Notes under the pieces: model-generated
Databases searched by the model: none
What the model was told of the DNA's origin: nothing
The model's input: the letters and a program-made list of their open reading frames with translations, nothing else
Position numbers and translations under genes: made by a program
From: Octopus sinensis
Taxonomy: Eukaryota
Direction: 5' to 3'
Assembly (NCBI RefSeq): GCF_006345805.1
Contig: NC_043007.1
Span: 61,752,001 to 61,816,000 of the forward strand
DNA: 64,000 nucleotides
Part shown: positions 34,661 to 45,907 of the stretch, in pieces
Position numbering within the stretch: the first letter of the stretch is position 1
How the letters are laid out: each line of letters begins with the position of its first letter

Positions 34661-37600
34661 TCAGGCCAAGTCGAAGACTCCACCCTCAGAGTCTGGTGTG
34701 GTTGCCAAGTTGTATTCTCTGTTTACTTTTGACATGTGTAGGAGCGAGTGTGAGTCAGTTTGTGCTCGTTGTGTATATCCTGGGAGATGGGGTTCATCTC
34801 TAATGGTGCTTAAGTATCTATCCAGCTGCAATTTGAGTGATTCCACACTGCATCCTGATAGATTTCTGACATGTACCGGAATGGAGTTGAATAGTTGTGC
34901 TCCTCGAACCAACAGACTTGACTCTCGCAGGGCTTTTGCTGCCTGGCCAGCCTTTTTGTTGATTGGTGGTAGCTGGCAGCGTCTTCCGTGGCGCAGTGAG
35001 TGGTAGGTTTTGATACCAAAGTTTGGCACCTTTTGCTCTATCATTTTCCAAATGTATATAATTCGGTATCGCTCAAATATTCTTTCTATTGAGTACATCT
35101 TCAAGGTTTTGAGTCTTTGCCAATAGTCCAGGTCCCTCGTTTCTGAGAAATATGAGGTAAAATTTCTTTGGAGCGATTCCATCTTAGATAGTTGGCCCTT
35201 TGTTGTTGGTGAGCACAACTGAGAACAGTAGTCAATCCTCGGAAGTATCATACTGTTCCAGAGGGTTTTCATTGTTGAGGTATCTCTTGATTTGAAGGTG
35301 CGCAAGATCCACCCGCTGTACTTTCTTGCAGTAAGACAGACTGAGTCAAGGTGTTCTCTGAATTTTAGGCTGGTTCCCATGTGGATGCCTAAATCTTTCA
35401 CATACTGTTTTTCCATTATTTGTTGTCCTGATGGGTTTCTGTAGTTTGTTGTATTTTTCAGATCTTGATCTGTTCCGTAGCGAATTAGTTCAAACTTCTT
35501 ATCATTGAACAACATGTTGTTTGTTTCCTGCCATTTATATATGGTGGTCAGGTCCTTTTGTAAGGCCTCTGTATCTACCTCGTTTTTGATTTGTCTCATG
35601 ACCCTGGTGTCATCAGCAAAGGATGAGAGGTTGCTGGTTGTATCTTCATCTATGTCAGAGATGAGGATGAGAAACAGGATTGGGCTGAGTACTGTACCCT
35701 GAGGAACACTGCTGGTCACAGGTGATGGTGTTGAATGGATTCCATTCACAGTGACTGTTTGAGTTCTATTTGTAAGGAACTCATGTATCCATGTACCAAC
35801 TTTTCCTCCTATTCCTAGCTTTCGAAGTTTGTGACCCAGGATGCCATGATCTACCTTGTCAAATGCCTTGGCAAAGTCGAGGTAAATAACATCTGTGTTG
35901 TATCCATTCTCTAGATTTTCTAGGATTTGGTCATGGTGTGCCAGTAGTTGGGAAAGGCATGATCTACCTAACCTGAATCCATGCTGGTTGCAATTCATCA
36001 GATCGTTAGATTCCAGGAACTCAACCAGTTTTCCACGAACTATTCTTTCGAAGACCTTGATAATGTGTGATGTCAGTGAGATTGGTCGGTAGTTCTTTGG
36101 TTTTGATTTGCTGTCCCCTTTATGTATTGGAGTTATGTGTGATTCTTTATATGTATTTGGTATTTTGCCATTCTCCATAGATTCCCTCCATATCATGTAA
36201 AGGGGTTTCAACAATTGTACCTTGCAGTTTTTAAGTATCATGGCATTGAAACCGTCAGGCCCCGCAGCCGAGTGCATGGAGAGCTTGTCTATGGCTCTTT
36301 CTATGTCTTCTGGGTTGAAATCAATGTCGGATAGGGTAGGTTTAGTATGGTCGATATCCTTGAAACATTTTCCTGGGTCATGGATCTTCATGGTTTTAGA
36401 TGGCTCACTGAAGACACTTTCAGACTGTTGACCCAACATTTCTGCCATTTCAATAGGGTTATTCACTACATCCCCATTTTGTCTCTGGAGAGGTCCTATT
36501 GTTGACTTGGTATTCGAGTATTTCTTTGCAAAACTGTAGAAACATTTTGGATTTTTCTTGCTGTTTTCTATGGCTCTCTTTTCTGCATTGTTACGTTCTT
36601 CATCATAGTGTTGTTTTAGATTGTCTTCTAATCTGTATATTTGGTCAAGGACTTTCTGTAATTCATGTTTTGATGACAGCTTAGATGTTTTGTTTCTTAG
36701 TCTTGACCTTTTGCGCATCAGGATCTTTCGCTCCCGTGGTACAGGTTTTTTTGTGGATTTGGTTTTCTTAAGAGGAATGTTTTTTGCACATATTTCTTCG
36801 ATCTTGTTTAAGAATTTCTTGTGTTTATCTGGCCCAGTAAGGTAGAGATCCCAGTCAATAATTTGTAACTGGTTGTTAATAGTTTCCCAATTTGCCTGGT
36901 GATAATCATACCTGCATAGCTTTGGCATGTCCTTTTGTTTAAGAGTTGTGGCATTGGGCTCATTACCAATGTGTAAATGCATTTCAATAATATTGTGGTC
37001 TGAAAGGATTGTTGGGGTTGAGTGAAGGTCAAATAGCGTGTCCTCGTTGTTGGTGAAAACCAAGTCGATCGTATTATTATTTCTTGTTGCTTCTGTCATC
37101 ATTTGTTTGAGGTATAATTTCTCTGTGACTTCCAACAGTTTGGCTGCCTGTATTTGTTCAGCTTTTGTCCCCAGTTTTAGTATGTGTCCATGTGGCCAGA
37201 TGATGTTAGGGAAGTTGAAGTCACCAAGGAGGATAATGTCTGGCATTGGACTCGCCATGTTTCCCAGAATTTGTTGGAGCTTTGTCAGTGGCTCAGTGAA
37301 GGATAATGTTGGGCTGTTTGGCGGTCTGTACATTATTGTTACAACTGTATTAAGTTGGATGATTTTTATGCACAGCAGGTTGCAGTAGGCATTTGATTCA
37401 TTGACAAGTTCTATGCATGCATAGGTATCATGGATATACATGATAACGCCCCCATGGGATCTGCCTTGTCTATCACATCTGAAGATGTTTAATCTATTGA
37501 TTGTGATTTCGCTGTTGCAGATGTTTTCGTTGAGATGACTTTCAGTAATTCCAATTATTTTGGAGTTGTTTTCTGTTGCTAATTCTTCCAAGAAAGGGAC

Positions 37601-37873
37601 TTTACACTGTTTTGTTTTCGGATAAAGACCCGGGATATTTGCTGTTATTATGCTTGTTGTACCGGATACATCTGCCCTATTGTTGGCAAGACTGTTGTAG
37701 TTGCTGGGACTGTGCTGACTGGATATTCGGTCTGCTGGACTGTCTGTATTTGTTGTATGTGCCCTGGAAGTCCAGGTGTCAGCCTTTGTATCAATGTTGC
37801 CTGGTTTTGCTGAGTCATCTGTATGGAGTACAGTTGTTGTTGTAGTTGGTAGATTATGCCTAAAAAACTGCTT
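34661..37873 (-). CDS. LINE ORF2, uninterrupted APE endonuclease + reverse transcriptase
   Basis: 976-aa ORF in the track (GITESHL, GDFNFP, SDH, GPDGF, NYRPISLTS, DFAKAFDKV, VPQGTVLSP, FADDT). I read the frame as open and stop-free upstream to 37873. Confidence 0.92.
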   Translation of the reverse strand, partial: KQFFRHNLPTTTTTVLHTDDSAKPGNIDTKADTWTSRAHTTNTDSPADRISSQHSPSNYNSLANNRADVSGTTSIITANIPGLYPKTKQCKVPFLEELATENNSKIIGITESHLNENICNSEITINRLNIFRCDRQGRSHGGVIMYIHDTYACIELVNESNAYCNLLCIKIIQLNTVVTIMYRPPNSPTLSFTEPLTKLQQILGNMASPMPDIILLGDFNFPNIIWPHGHILKLGTKAEQIQAAKLLEVTEKLYLKQMMTEATRNNNTIDLVFTNNEDTLFDLHSTPTILSDHNIIEMHLHIGNEPNATTLKQKDMPKLCRYDYHQANWETINNQLQIIDWDLYLTGPDKHKKFLNKIEEICAKNIPLKKTKSTKKPVPRERKILMRKRSRLRNKTSKLSSKHELQKVLDQIYRLEDNLKQHYDEERNNAEKRAIENSKKNPKCFYSFAKKYSNTKSTIGPLQRQNGDVVNNPIEMAEMLGQQSESVFSEPSKTMKIHDPGKCFKDIDHTKPTLSDIDFNPEDIERAIDKLSMHSAAGPDGFNAMILKNCKVQLLKPLYMIWRESMENGKIPNTYKESHITPIHKGDSKSKPKNYRPISLTSHIIKVFERIVRGKLVEFLESNDLMNCNQHGFRLGRSCLSQLLAHHDQILENLENGYNTDVIYLDFAKAFDKVDHGILGHKLRKLGIGGKVGTWIHEFLTNRTQTVTVNGIHSTPSPVTSSVPQGTVLSPILFLILISDIDEDTTSNLSSFADDTRVMRQIKNEVDTEALQKDLTTIYKWQETNNMLFNDKKFELIRYGTDQDLKNTTNYRNPSGQQIMEKQYVKDLGIHMGTSLKFREHLDSVCLTARKYSGWILRTFKSRDTSTMKTLWNSMILPRIDYCSQLCSPTTKGQLSKMESLQRNFTSYFSETRDLDYWQRLKTLKMYSIERIFERYRIIYIWKMIEQKVPNFGIKTYHSLRHGRRCQLPPINKKAGQAAKALRESSLLVRGAQLFNSIPVHVRNLSGCSVESLKLQLDRYLSTIRDEPHLPGYTQRAQTDSHSLLHMSKVNREYNLATTPDSEGGVFDLA

Positions 37874-38988
37874 TCATTCATTACTATATCGAATTTCTGC
37901 GAGTTTGGGTTTGTTACAGCTGATGTATGCAATTGAGTAGCATGATTTTCATTCACTGTTGAGCCATGACCTGGTTTCCGCATTTTTGGGAAATGGTTTT
38001 CATACCCTGCTGAGCTTGGTTCTGGTGATGTGGGTTCAGTAGTTTTTATGCAAATTGTACCCTTCCGGTGCATAAATTTGCAATTCTCGCCAAAACATTC
38101 TTTTTTTCTCAGCGAATTGCGGCACATCTTTGGGTGAAGGAGTTCACATTCTCGGCCATTTTGGCATCCTTTTTTTCGATCGGTACCGAAGTTGATATAT
38201 GGTTTGCATGGTTTGGGGTGACTGTACGTGCACCCTGTACCTGAAAGACCATGTTTGCACTTGTTGCTCCTGTAATGGATACATACTGGCCTTTCTTCAT
38301 TTGAGCGTTTGCTCTGAATCTGTTTCTTTTCGTGGGAAGTTTGGTCTTTTTCTGCAGGATCTCCTGTTTCTTGTTTTGTAGGTGTTTGCATGTCATTGTC
38401 TTCATTCTTGTCATTTACAAGAGGCACTTGGATGGCCTGTGTGTGGCAGGATTTATTTGCCATGTCAGTTTCGCCAATCAATGTCTGTTTAGAACGGCCT
38501 GTCTGTGGTAGGGTCCTAGGTTCATTCGTTATTGTGGCCCTTGGTGAACAATAACCGCATAGCCAGTGTAGGCCTAGGATATCTGGAATGGTGTGGTTAT
38601 TTATCTTTTTTAAGTAGCACGCTTCGTGTATTCCTTGCCAAAGCTGGTTTTGGGCCAAATGTAATGCAGTACTGTTTGGCACACATTTTGCAAGTCTCCG
38701 GGAGGAAGTTTTCAATCCTTGTTATAATCCAGTTGGTGAGGTTTGATTTTGTGAGCTCAACTTGAACACCATCATTCAAGAAAGCTGCTGCTTTCTTTAA
38801 CATCGTAAACTTACAGTTGGTGAAAATATTTTGTATATTGCTCCACTTTCCTGTTTGATATCATATTTCAACAAGACACTTTTTATATCTTGATTTTGTG
38901 TTGATGAGATGATTTTCAATATGATGTCTGTGGCCAGGCAAGTGTTGCTCTCTGAGCTGGCAGTCCGTGGATTTCCGTTACCCGTCAT
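37648..38988 (-). pseudogene. LINE ORF1 with PHD-like finger and three CCCH motifs; two frameshifts (~38800, ~38640)
   Basis: Three track segments (38797..38988, 38597..38803, 37648..38715) join to CKMC...GQGIHEAC...HWLCGYC and CIHYRSNKCKHG..CTYSH / C..NGRECELLH / CRN..ECFGENCKFMH. Confidence 0.75.
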
Positions 38989-39281
38989 CGTTTATGTGGG
39001 CACGGAATTCTACACAGTTTCCATCTACCAAATTCCAAATCACACAGATATGCCTGTAAAGTCTGGGTACCCAGATTCAGCTGAAGTCTGTTATAGTCAA
39101 ATCGGAACACATATGGGAATTCTTTTCGTGAGCGGGAACAAATGAGGCAGACTTTTGTATCTACCGAATATCTTTATATCTACATTTGCTGATGCAATTG
39201 CAAATAATAATGAGAAAAAATGAAGTCAATTCTTGGTGTCTGAAAAGATTTTATAAAGTTTTTAAAATAAAATTTTATCCT

Positions 39282-39384
<103 letters not shown>

Positions 39385-39385
39385 C

Positions 39386-39816
39386 TTATAAATAAGGACA
39401 AAAGAAAAATTTCTGTGCCAAATATGCCGAGAATAGACTTAAAATCGTCAATAACCACATTTAATTCGTCACTATAAGCACATGTCTCGAAGCAAGCTGA
39501 CAGAAATTTCTAAATAATTCCGTTATTACCGAGTTGATTCATAAAGAATTTTCTCGTCTTCAGCGGTAAATACGTTAAGAAATAAATGAAATGCTTACTT
39601 GCACCTATGGAACAAGCCGACGCAAAGTCATGTGTACACTTAAGTACCCAAAAATATCCAAATAGAAATTTTGTAATACACCTCGAGACACGTGCGATAA
39701 GACTGAAAATTCTCATAGTTGGAGACAGTGATGAATTATATGTGGTTATTGACGATTTTAAGTCTATTTTCTGCATATTTGGAATAGAATTTTTTTCTTT
39801 TGCCCTTTGTTTATAA
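39386..39816. mobile_element. MITE-like element with ~90-bp imperfect terminal inverted repeats
   Basis: 39386-39473 is the reverse complement of 39727-39816; shared core aatagacttaaaatcgtcaataaccacat. Confidence 0.7.
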
Positions 39817-39896
39817 TTTTCACGTTAATATGCTGGTCACTGATAAAATTTTTGAAAATTTTATCCTATATCAGATGTAAATTTAGTACCATTCGC

Positions 39897-40104
39897 TATT
39901 CTGTGATCTCTATCATTGAGCTTTGCCGTTCCCACAAAATTATGCTTGCCAGAACTAGCTTTATCTTCGTTTTGGAAAGCCTACATGATTTTAAAGGCTG
40001 TATCTCTCGAAACATTCAACAGTTCAGTAGTTTTAATGATTGACACTCCAGCTATCAGTGCTCCTCCACTTTGTTTTCTTCGAAAATCAGATAGGTATCT
40101 GAGA
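39897..40104 (-). mobile_element. Tc1 transposase N-terminal (paired-like HTH) remnant
   Basis: YLSDFRRKQSGGALIAGVSIIKTTELLNVSRDTAFKIM*AF..GKHNFVGTAKLNDRDHR resembles Tc1 DLSDF.RG.IVGA..G.S..KTA.LL.VSR.TV. Confidence 0.65.
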
Positions 40105-40780
40105 AGAAAAACAACCCCAGATAGTTATATCATGAAGTGTAAGGTATACAAAATGCATATGAAGTCAAATGTACAAGCTAGAAGTCTTTGAATTAGTCAT
40201 ATTACCAATAGAAAAATAGTTAAATAAAAAGTGGTGATCCCATCATCCTGTCTAACCCCTCTATCTATATAAACGGTTTCTATTTAACGAATTCAAAGTA
40301 GAGAAAGCTGCAAAAGGATTGAAGAAAAAAGGCCCATGAATGGAAAATCTCGAACTCTGTTCGTGAGACACGGACCCACATCCTCTGTAAACATGATGGG
40401 TAATCAAACAATTACACCAAAAAAAAAAAATACTTCGAATATTTTCCTTCCATTTTAGAGGATATTTTTTGTTATCAGCGAGAATTTAGAAACTGAAAAA
40501 TATGAAATAAATCGTTTTTCTTTATAACAGTGGCAGGTATAAATAGTAGCGCATTAGTAAAACTCTTGAATAGAAAAATGTCGAAGGTGTGTAATGCAAA
40601 CAACAACTCACACACACACACACATTGGTTTTACATTTTCATATTCCTGCGAGTGTTCTTGGACACGCGCACAGACCCACGCGTACTTTCACCCTATATC
40701 TCTCATTTCCCGCTCTCTTCCATACATACAAATACACTCCTACCCATATACACACACGCACACGCACGCACACACACGCA

Positions 40781-40825
<45 letters not shown>

Positions 40826-41240
40826 TATGTTCGTAAGAAGAAAATACTGTTGTATTTTTGACACGACCACTTTTAGGGTACTTCCGGTAAAATAAAGATA
40901 AATTTCTACATTCTGATGCATTTTTTTCTCTTTTTTAAAATTACACTATATCAAGATGGTCAAATTCATATCAATTTTACCTTCTTAGAATGAGTTTAGA
41001 TTAGATCCATGTCAGACACTCCATGTAGTATGAATTCAAAAATGACTCTTCAACTACGGAATTGGCAAGACATATCCGTTCTGTGGAAATGAAACTTTGT
41101 TTTGACATGCCAATGATAGTCTGGCCAGTTTCGTACGAGAAATGTTTCTCTCGCTAAGTCCTATCACTCTAGACGACTAAGTTTTGTCAATATTGGACTT
41201 CTGAAAACCAAAGTTGAGGAAAATCCAAAGTCAACGGTAC

Positions 41241-41573
41241 GGCTATGTAGTAAGAAGCTTGCTTCCCAACCACATGGTTCCGGGTTCAGTCCTACAGCAT
41301 GGCAACTTGGCTAAATGTCTTCTACTATAGCCTCGAGCCGACCAAAGCCTCGTAGATGGATTTGGTAGACGGAAACTGAAAGAAGCCCATCGTATTTACA
41401 TGTGTGTGTTTGTGTCTGTGTTTGTCCCCCATCACCGCTTGATGACCAGTGTTTGTGTATTTACGTCCCCGTAACTTAGCGGTTCGGCAAAAGAGGATAA
41501 TAGACTAAGTACTAGGCTTAAAAAATATGTCCTTGAGTTAATTTGTTCGACTAAAATCCTTCAAGGTGGTGCA
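41241..41573 (+). mobile_element. SINE family A, truncated by a Helitron-like insertion
   Basis: Head ggctatgtagtaagaagcttgc..ggttcagtcc; stops at caaggtggtgca. Confidence 0.8.
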
Positions 41574-41800
41574 TCTCTTATTATAAAAGGCAGATTTTAT
41601 CTGCCTCCCTTTGTAATTTATAGAAATCTACAATATAGGATTTCTTCAATTACAATTTACCTAGCATTTTTAAGAGTAGAATGCATCGGGTCATGCCAGG
41701 TCCGGTTTTTAAAATTTCAACCCCAATTAAGCAAAATTTAGAGAAAACTCACATTCTGGTGTATATGTCAAATGTTTTTCTTAATGTGGGATACACCACA
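41574..41800 (+). mobile_element. Helitron-like 5' end
   Basis: A|TCTCTTATTATAAAAGG start resembles the 5' end of the complete Helitron at 43550; no 3' CTAG end located. Confidence 0.45.
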
Positions 41801-42504
41801 CGCAAACGCACACACACACAAAGGGAGCGACTGTTTCACTGACGCTATCACCCTTCTCCTCCTTTGTCTTTGCAAGTTTGCAGCTATTAAAGTGAAAACA
41901 GTGAATCCGACAGCGATAAAGAAAACGAATTGGTACCTGAATGGAGTGAAAATTTAAAAACTGTTTCTTTCGGTGATTTTTCTGAAGAAACTGCACCAAG
42001 CCACAGACTTTCCCAGAAGAGTATAAAGCCTTAAACTATTTCTTTTTACTTTTTCGAATGAGCCTATTTGAAATCATTACGCTAAACGTAAACAAAGCGA
42101 AAGAAAGGATAGTTTGTTATTTCCCACAACCTTAAATTAAATTAAGGCCTATTTTGCCATAAATATTATTATGGGTATCAGAAAGTTACCCAGAATAACA
42201 AATTCTATCGTAAAATTTTGTTGTATACCCAATTGAATATTAGCTAATAACCCATTTTCTATAGCGATGTTTGAACAAAATTTTAATAATTTTATATATT
42301 GTTGAATTTACCTGTATCTACCTGTAATTAGAGTCACTTTGTGACAAAAATTATAGTATAGAATTGGTTGAGAACATTTCACTAAATTATCTTCCAAAAA
42401 TCAGATTAATATATTCATAAATAAAAAAGTTATAGTTGTTGTTTGAGGAAGACTTTACGTTAAATAACCGTAGTGGCTTGTATATATATATATATATACA
42501 TACA

Positions 42505-42770
42505 TAAGACAGTAAGGTGTGATTTGAGGGAGATTTGGCTGCTATTTCTACCATGTCTAGCTGCCATGTAGTTGTCTCCCTCATAGGCTCATACATACAT
42601 ATATACATAGATAAGACAGTAAGGTGTGATTTGGGGGGAATTTGGCTGCTATTTCTACCAGGTCTAGCTACCATGTAGAGGTCCCCCTCATTGGCTCATA
42701 TATATATACATACATAAGACAGTAAGGTGTGATTTGAGGGAGATTTGGCTGCTGTTTCTACCAGGTCTGT
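42505..42770 (+). repeat. Three tandem ~105-bp units separated by (TA/CA)n
   Basis: taagacagtaaggtgtgattt..gatttggctgctatttctacc starts at 42505, 42612 and 42715; related sequence at ~52360 and ~52580. Confidence 0.85.
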
Positions 42771-42834
42771 TAGGCCTTCTCATGTAAACTCAAGCTTTCT
42801 CATGCCTTGAACATAAGACCAAAGCAGAGAATGT

Positions 42835-43040
42835 ATTCTTTTATTCTTCTGCTTTTTCCAGCCATTGGTCTGTGGCCATGCTGGGGCAATGCCTTGAAGA
42901 ATTGTAGTTTAATGAATCAACTCCAGTTTTATTTTTGTAAGCATTGTACTTATTCTATCTGTTTCCTTTGTCAAACCACTAGGTGACAGGGATGTAAACA
43001 AACCAACATTCGTTGTCAAGCAGTGGTGGAGGACAATCAC
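42835..43040 (-). mobile_element. SINE family A 3' fragment
   Basis: Reverse of the family A core and tail. Confidence 0.65.
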
Positions 43041-43127
43041 AAGCACAGACACGCACACACACACACATACATGCATACACATATACACACATACATACAT
43101 ACATACATATATGTGTGTATATATATA

Positions 43128-43385
43128 TTGCAGCGTGGAAGGTGTTTGTAAGCCATTTAAGAAATACACAAAAACCGCTAGATTCACTTCAACATTTAAA
43201 TTTAATTTGCCAAAATATTTTCCTCGCTTTGAGACCGCGACCTGTTCACTGACAAAAATACCGTGCTAACAGGTCGCGGTCTCAAAGCGACGAAAATATT
43301 TTGACAAATTAAATTTAAATGTTGAAGTGAATCTAACGGTTTTTGTGTGTTTCTTAAATGGCTTATAACACCTTCAACGCTGCAA
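43128..43385. repeat. Inverted repeat, ~119-bp arms (43128-43246 / 43268-43385), carrying a hammerhead-like fold
   Basis: Arms are near-identical; the same peptide appears on both strands in the ORF track (43013..43252 +, 43202..43405 -). Confidence 0.92.
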
Positions 43386-43549
43386 CTGTTTTCGTTCCAG
43401 CACACGATCTCAGATCAAGTCACTTGCTATGCAAGTACATCTCTGTAACTATATATATATATATTTATATATATATATATGTATATTGGTAAAAACAGTA
43501 AGATAACAAAAGAAAGAAAGAGACCTCAATATTATGTAAATAGAGGAAA

Positions 43550-43943
43550 TCTTTATATATAAAAGTGAGGTTGTGTGTCTGTCTCCTACGATTTAGATTC
43601 CTAACTACTCCCACATTTTGCGGTGCAGTTTAACCAAAACCGGGTATCTTATAGTCGTGATTCATATCGAGACCGTCTGGGTATTAGCGCGCGTCTACGA
43701 TGAGTCTACGATTTAAAAAAAATTTACCATCAATTTTTCCCATTTTTAATCCATTTTTGACATATATAAGGGAAGTAACTCTCTAAAATTTATTATTAAA
43801 TCTCAGAACGTAAAAAGCTACAGTAACACCCCTCCGCCTTTGTGGTTAGCCATATTGAGATGGCTATTATACTTTACATCTCTAAAAATGCTTATATAAT
43901 TATTTCCCTTACAAACCCGAGCAACGCCGGGCGATACTGCTAG
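43550..43943 (+). mobile_element. Complete non-autonomous Helitron (394 bp)
   Basis: Inserted between A and T; 5' TCTTTATATATAAAAG; subterminal hairpin cccgagcaacgccggg (43916-43931); 3' CTAG. Confidence 0.9.
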
Positions 43944-44074
43944 TAAAAGAATAAAAGAATAAAACAGTTCAATTCAAATTACATAAGGAGCATAAAACTT
44001 TCATGATCTAGGGGAAAAAAGGTTTAGACTTGATCAGTGTGTCCCTCATCATGTGACTGCTCCTCGGATTAGCC

Positions 44075-44545
44075 AAAGAGTTGTCCTCTGTTCGTCAATG
44101 AAAAGTAGACTTTCTACCGAACCTTTCCTTGATAGAATAATTACAAGTGATGAAGAATGGGTCACCTATAATCACAGAAAGTGAAAACCATTCCCAATCT
44201 AGCACACGAAAAAATTTATGCTTTGTGTTTGGTGGTATATAAAGGGTGTTGTCTTTAAGGAAGTGTTAAACCAAAATGAAACAGTTAACGCGGAGAAGTA
44301 TTATCATCAATTGGAAGCATGGCATAAAATGAGCAGAAATAGCGCCCACTATCGAGAAATCTTAAAGGTACGTTACTCTTACGCGATAATACAAGATCAA
44401 GAAAAGATTATGGTACTAAGTATGGAAGTTTTGCCTCATTGTTTTGTCCCTTTATTCTATTAACCTGGTTACATCTGACTATTATCTTTTCAGATGATTG
44501 CAACATTATTTAGATGAAAAACGCTTTATTGTGAAGAGGTCTAAA
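44075..44545 (+). mobile_element. Second mariner transposase fragment, decayed
   Basis: EPFLDRIITSDEEWVTY, MLCVWWYIKGVV..LNQNETVNAEKYYHQLE, SDYYLFR*LQHYL. Confidence 0.8.
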
Positions 44546-44566
44546 ATGAGAGACCTTTCTTTCCAA

Positions 44567-44636
<70 letters not shown>

Positions 44637-45907
44637 TTATATATGTACGTGTGAGTATGTATTTGTATGTATACGAGTGCGCATGCAGAGGTGGGTTAGT
44701 GTATTTGCTTTTATGTATTTAGCTTGTGCAGGCTTAGGTATCTGTACGTAGCGGGACGTATGTGTATGCGTATCCCTATCGGTATTTTTACACGAGAGTA
44801 CGTATGTATATATACGTGTGGATGTGTTTATGTGTGTATATGTATGTGTATATGTGTATATGTATGCATGCGTGTACGTATGTACATGTTGACCATTAGT
44901 AACAAAGACAATTTACGAGGAAGTAGATAAACTGTTTAGCCACAAACCAGACATTTAAGTTAATTTATGACACCCGCCATTACGCCCGTAGGCTTCAACA
45001 ACCGGAATATGTCATCTTTGTGTACCTTACGCTATCTTCTGACCACCCTGTTAGTTCTTCACCCCTTTACATTTCTTCATCCCCTTATATATTTTTTAAA
45101 ATTTTCTTATCCTTATTTTTTTTCGTCCTTAGTTTTCGCTTCTTTATCTTTATCTCTATTTATTTATATTACCATGTTTTTTTCACGTCTGTGTGTATTT
45201 ATGTATTTATATATTTATATACTTAGATACTTTTTTATATTCTTATATATTTTTTTATATATTTTTTTATATTCTTATATCTTTTATATATTTTTTTATA
45301 TTCTTATATCTTTTATATATTTTTTAAAATTTGTATTCTTTTGTAATTTTTTATTCTTTTACTACCTTTTGCACCAATTACCCTCCCTCTTTGTGATCCC
45401 TAACTCACTGAAGATTCAACCCCCCAACCTCTTCCCTCTCTATTTCAACATCCAAACTTCCTCATTCTACATCGAGTGAAAAACGGGATGGACGCTTCGA
45501 TTTTGTGTTGGTGCCCCACTCTGTCGTACGCGACAATGAGGATTTGCATCCCCAACGTAAAACTTATAATGTAATACATGTCCTTGAAGTAGTAATTGTA
45601 CGCGGCTGAAGGAGGCTATAGACACACATTTACATCAATTATGCATTGTTATAAAACCGTCTAACAAAGGCCCGAAACATATGTACCGCTAAATCCTTTG
45701 CATCATGTTTTTATTTTGATTAATATATATATATATATAATATATATATATATACGCCTTCACGGGCGGATGGACACGGCCTTGGGGCGGCTGGTTGTGG
45801 TCATCAAAAAGCAGGGGCTTCGTAACGCGGCAATTGCACTGGGGCGTCCTGCTTTTCTCATAAACTAATGTGAGGCAGGCTTTCTCTTAAGCCCAGAGTA
45901 ATTGTGG

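Larger units (their letters stand above)
34621..39150 (-). mobile_element. Near-full-length CR1/L2-group LINE (ORF1 + ORF2) with (GAAAT)n tail
   Basis: Two ORFs and a 3' tail ..actcaaatgaaatgaaatgaaat at 34621-34650. The 5' boundary is approximate and no TSD was found. Confidence 0.9.
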
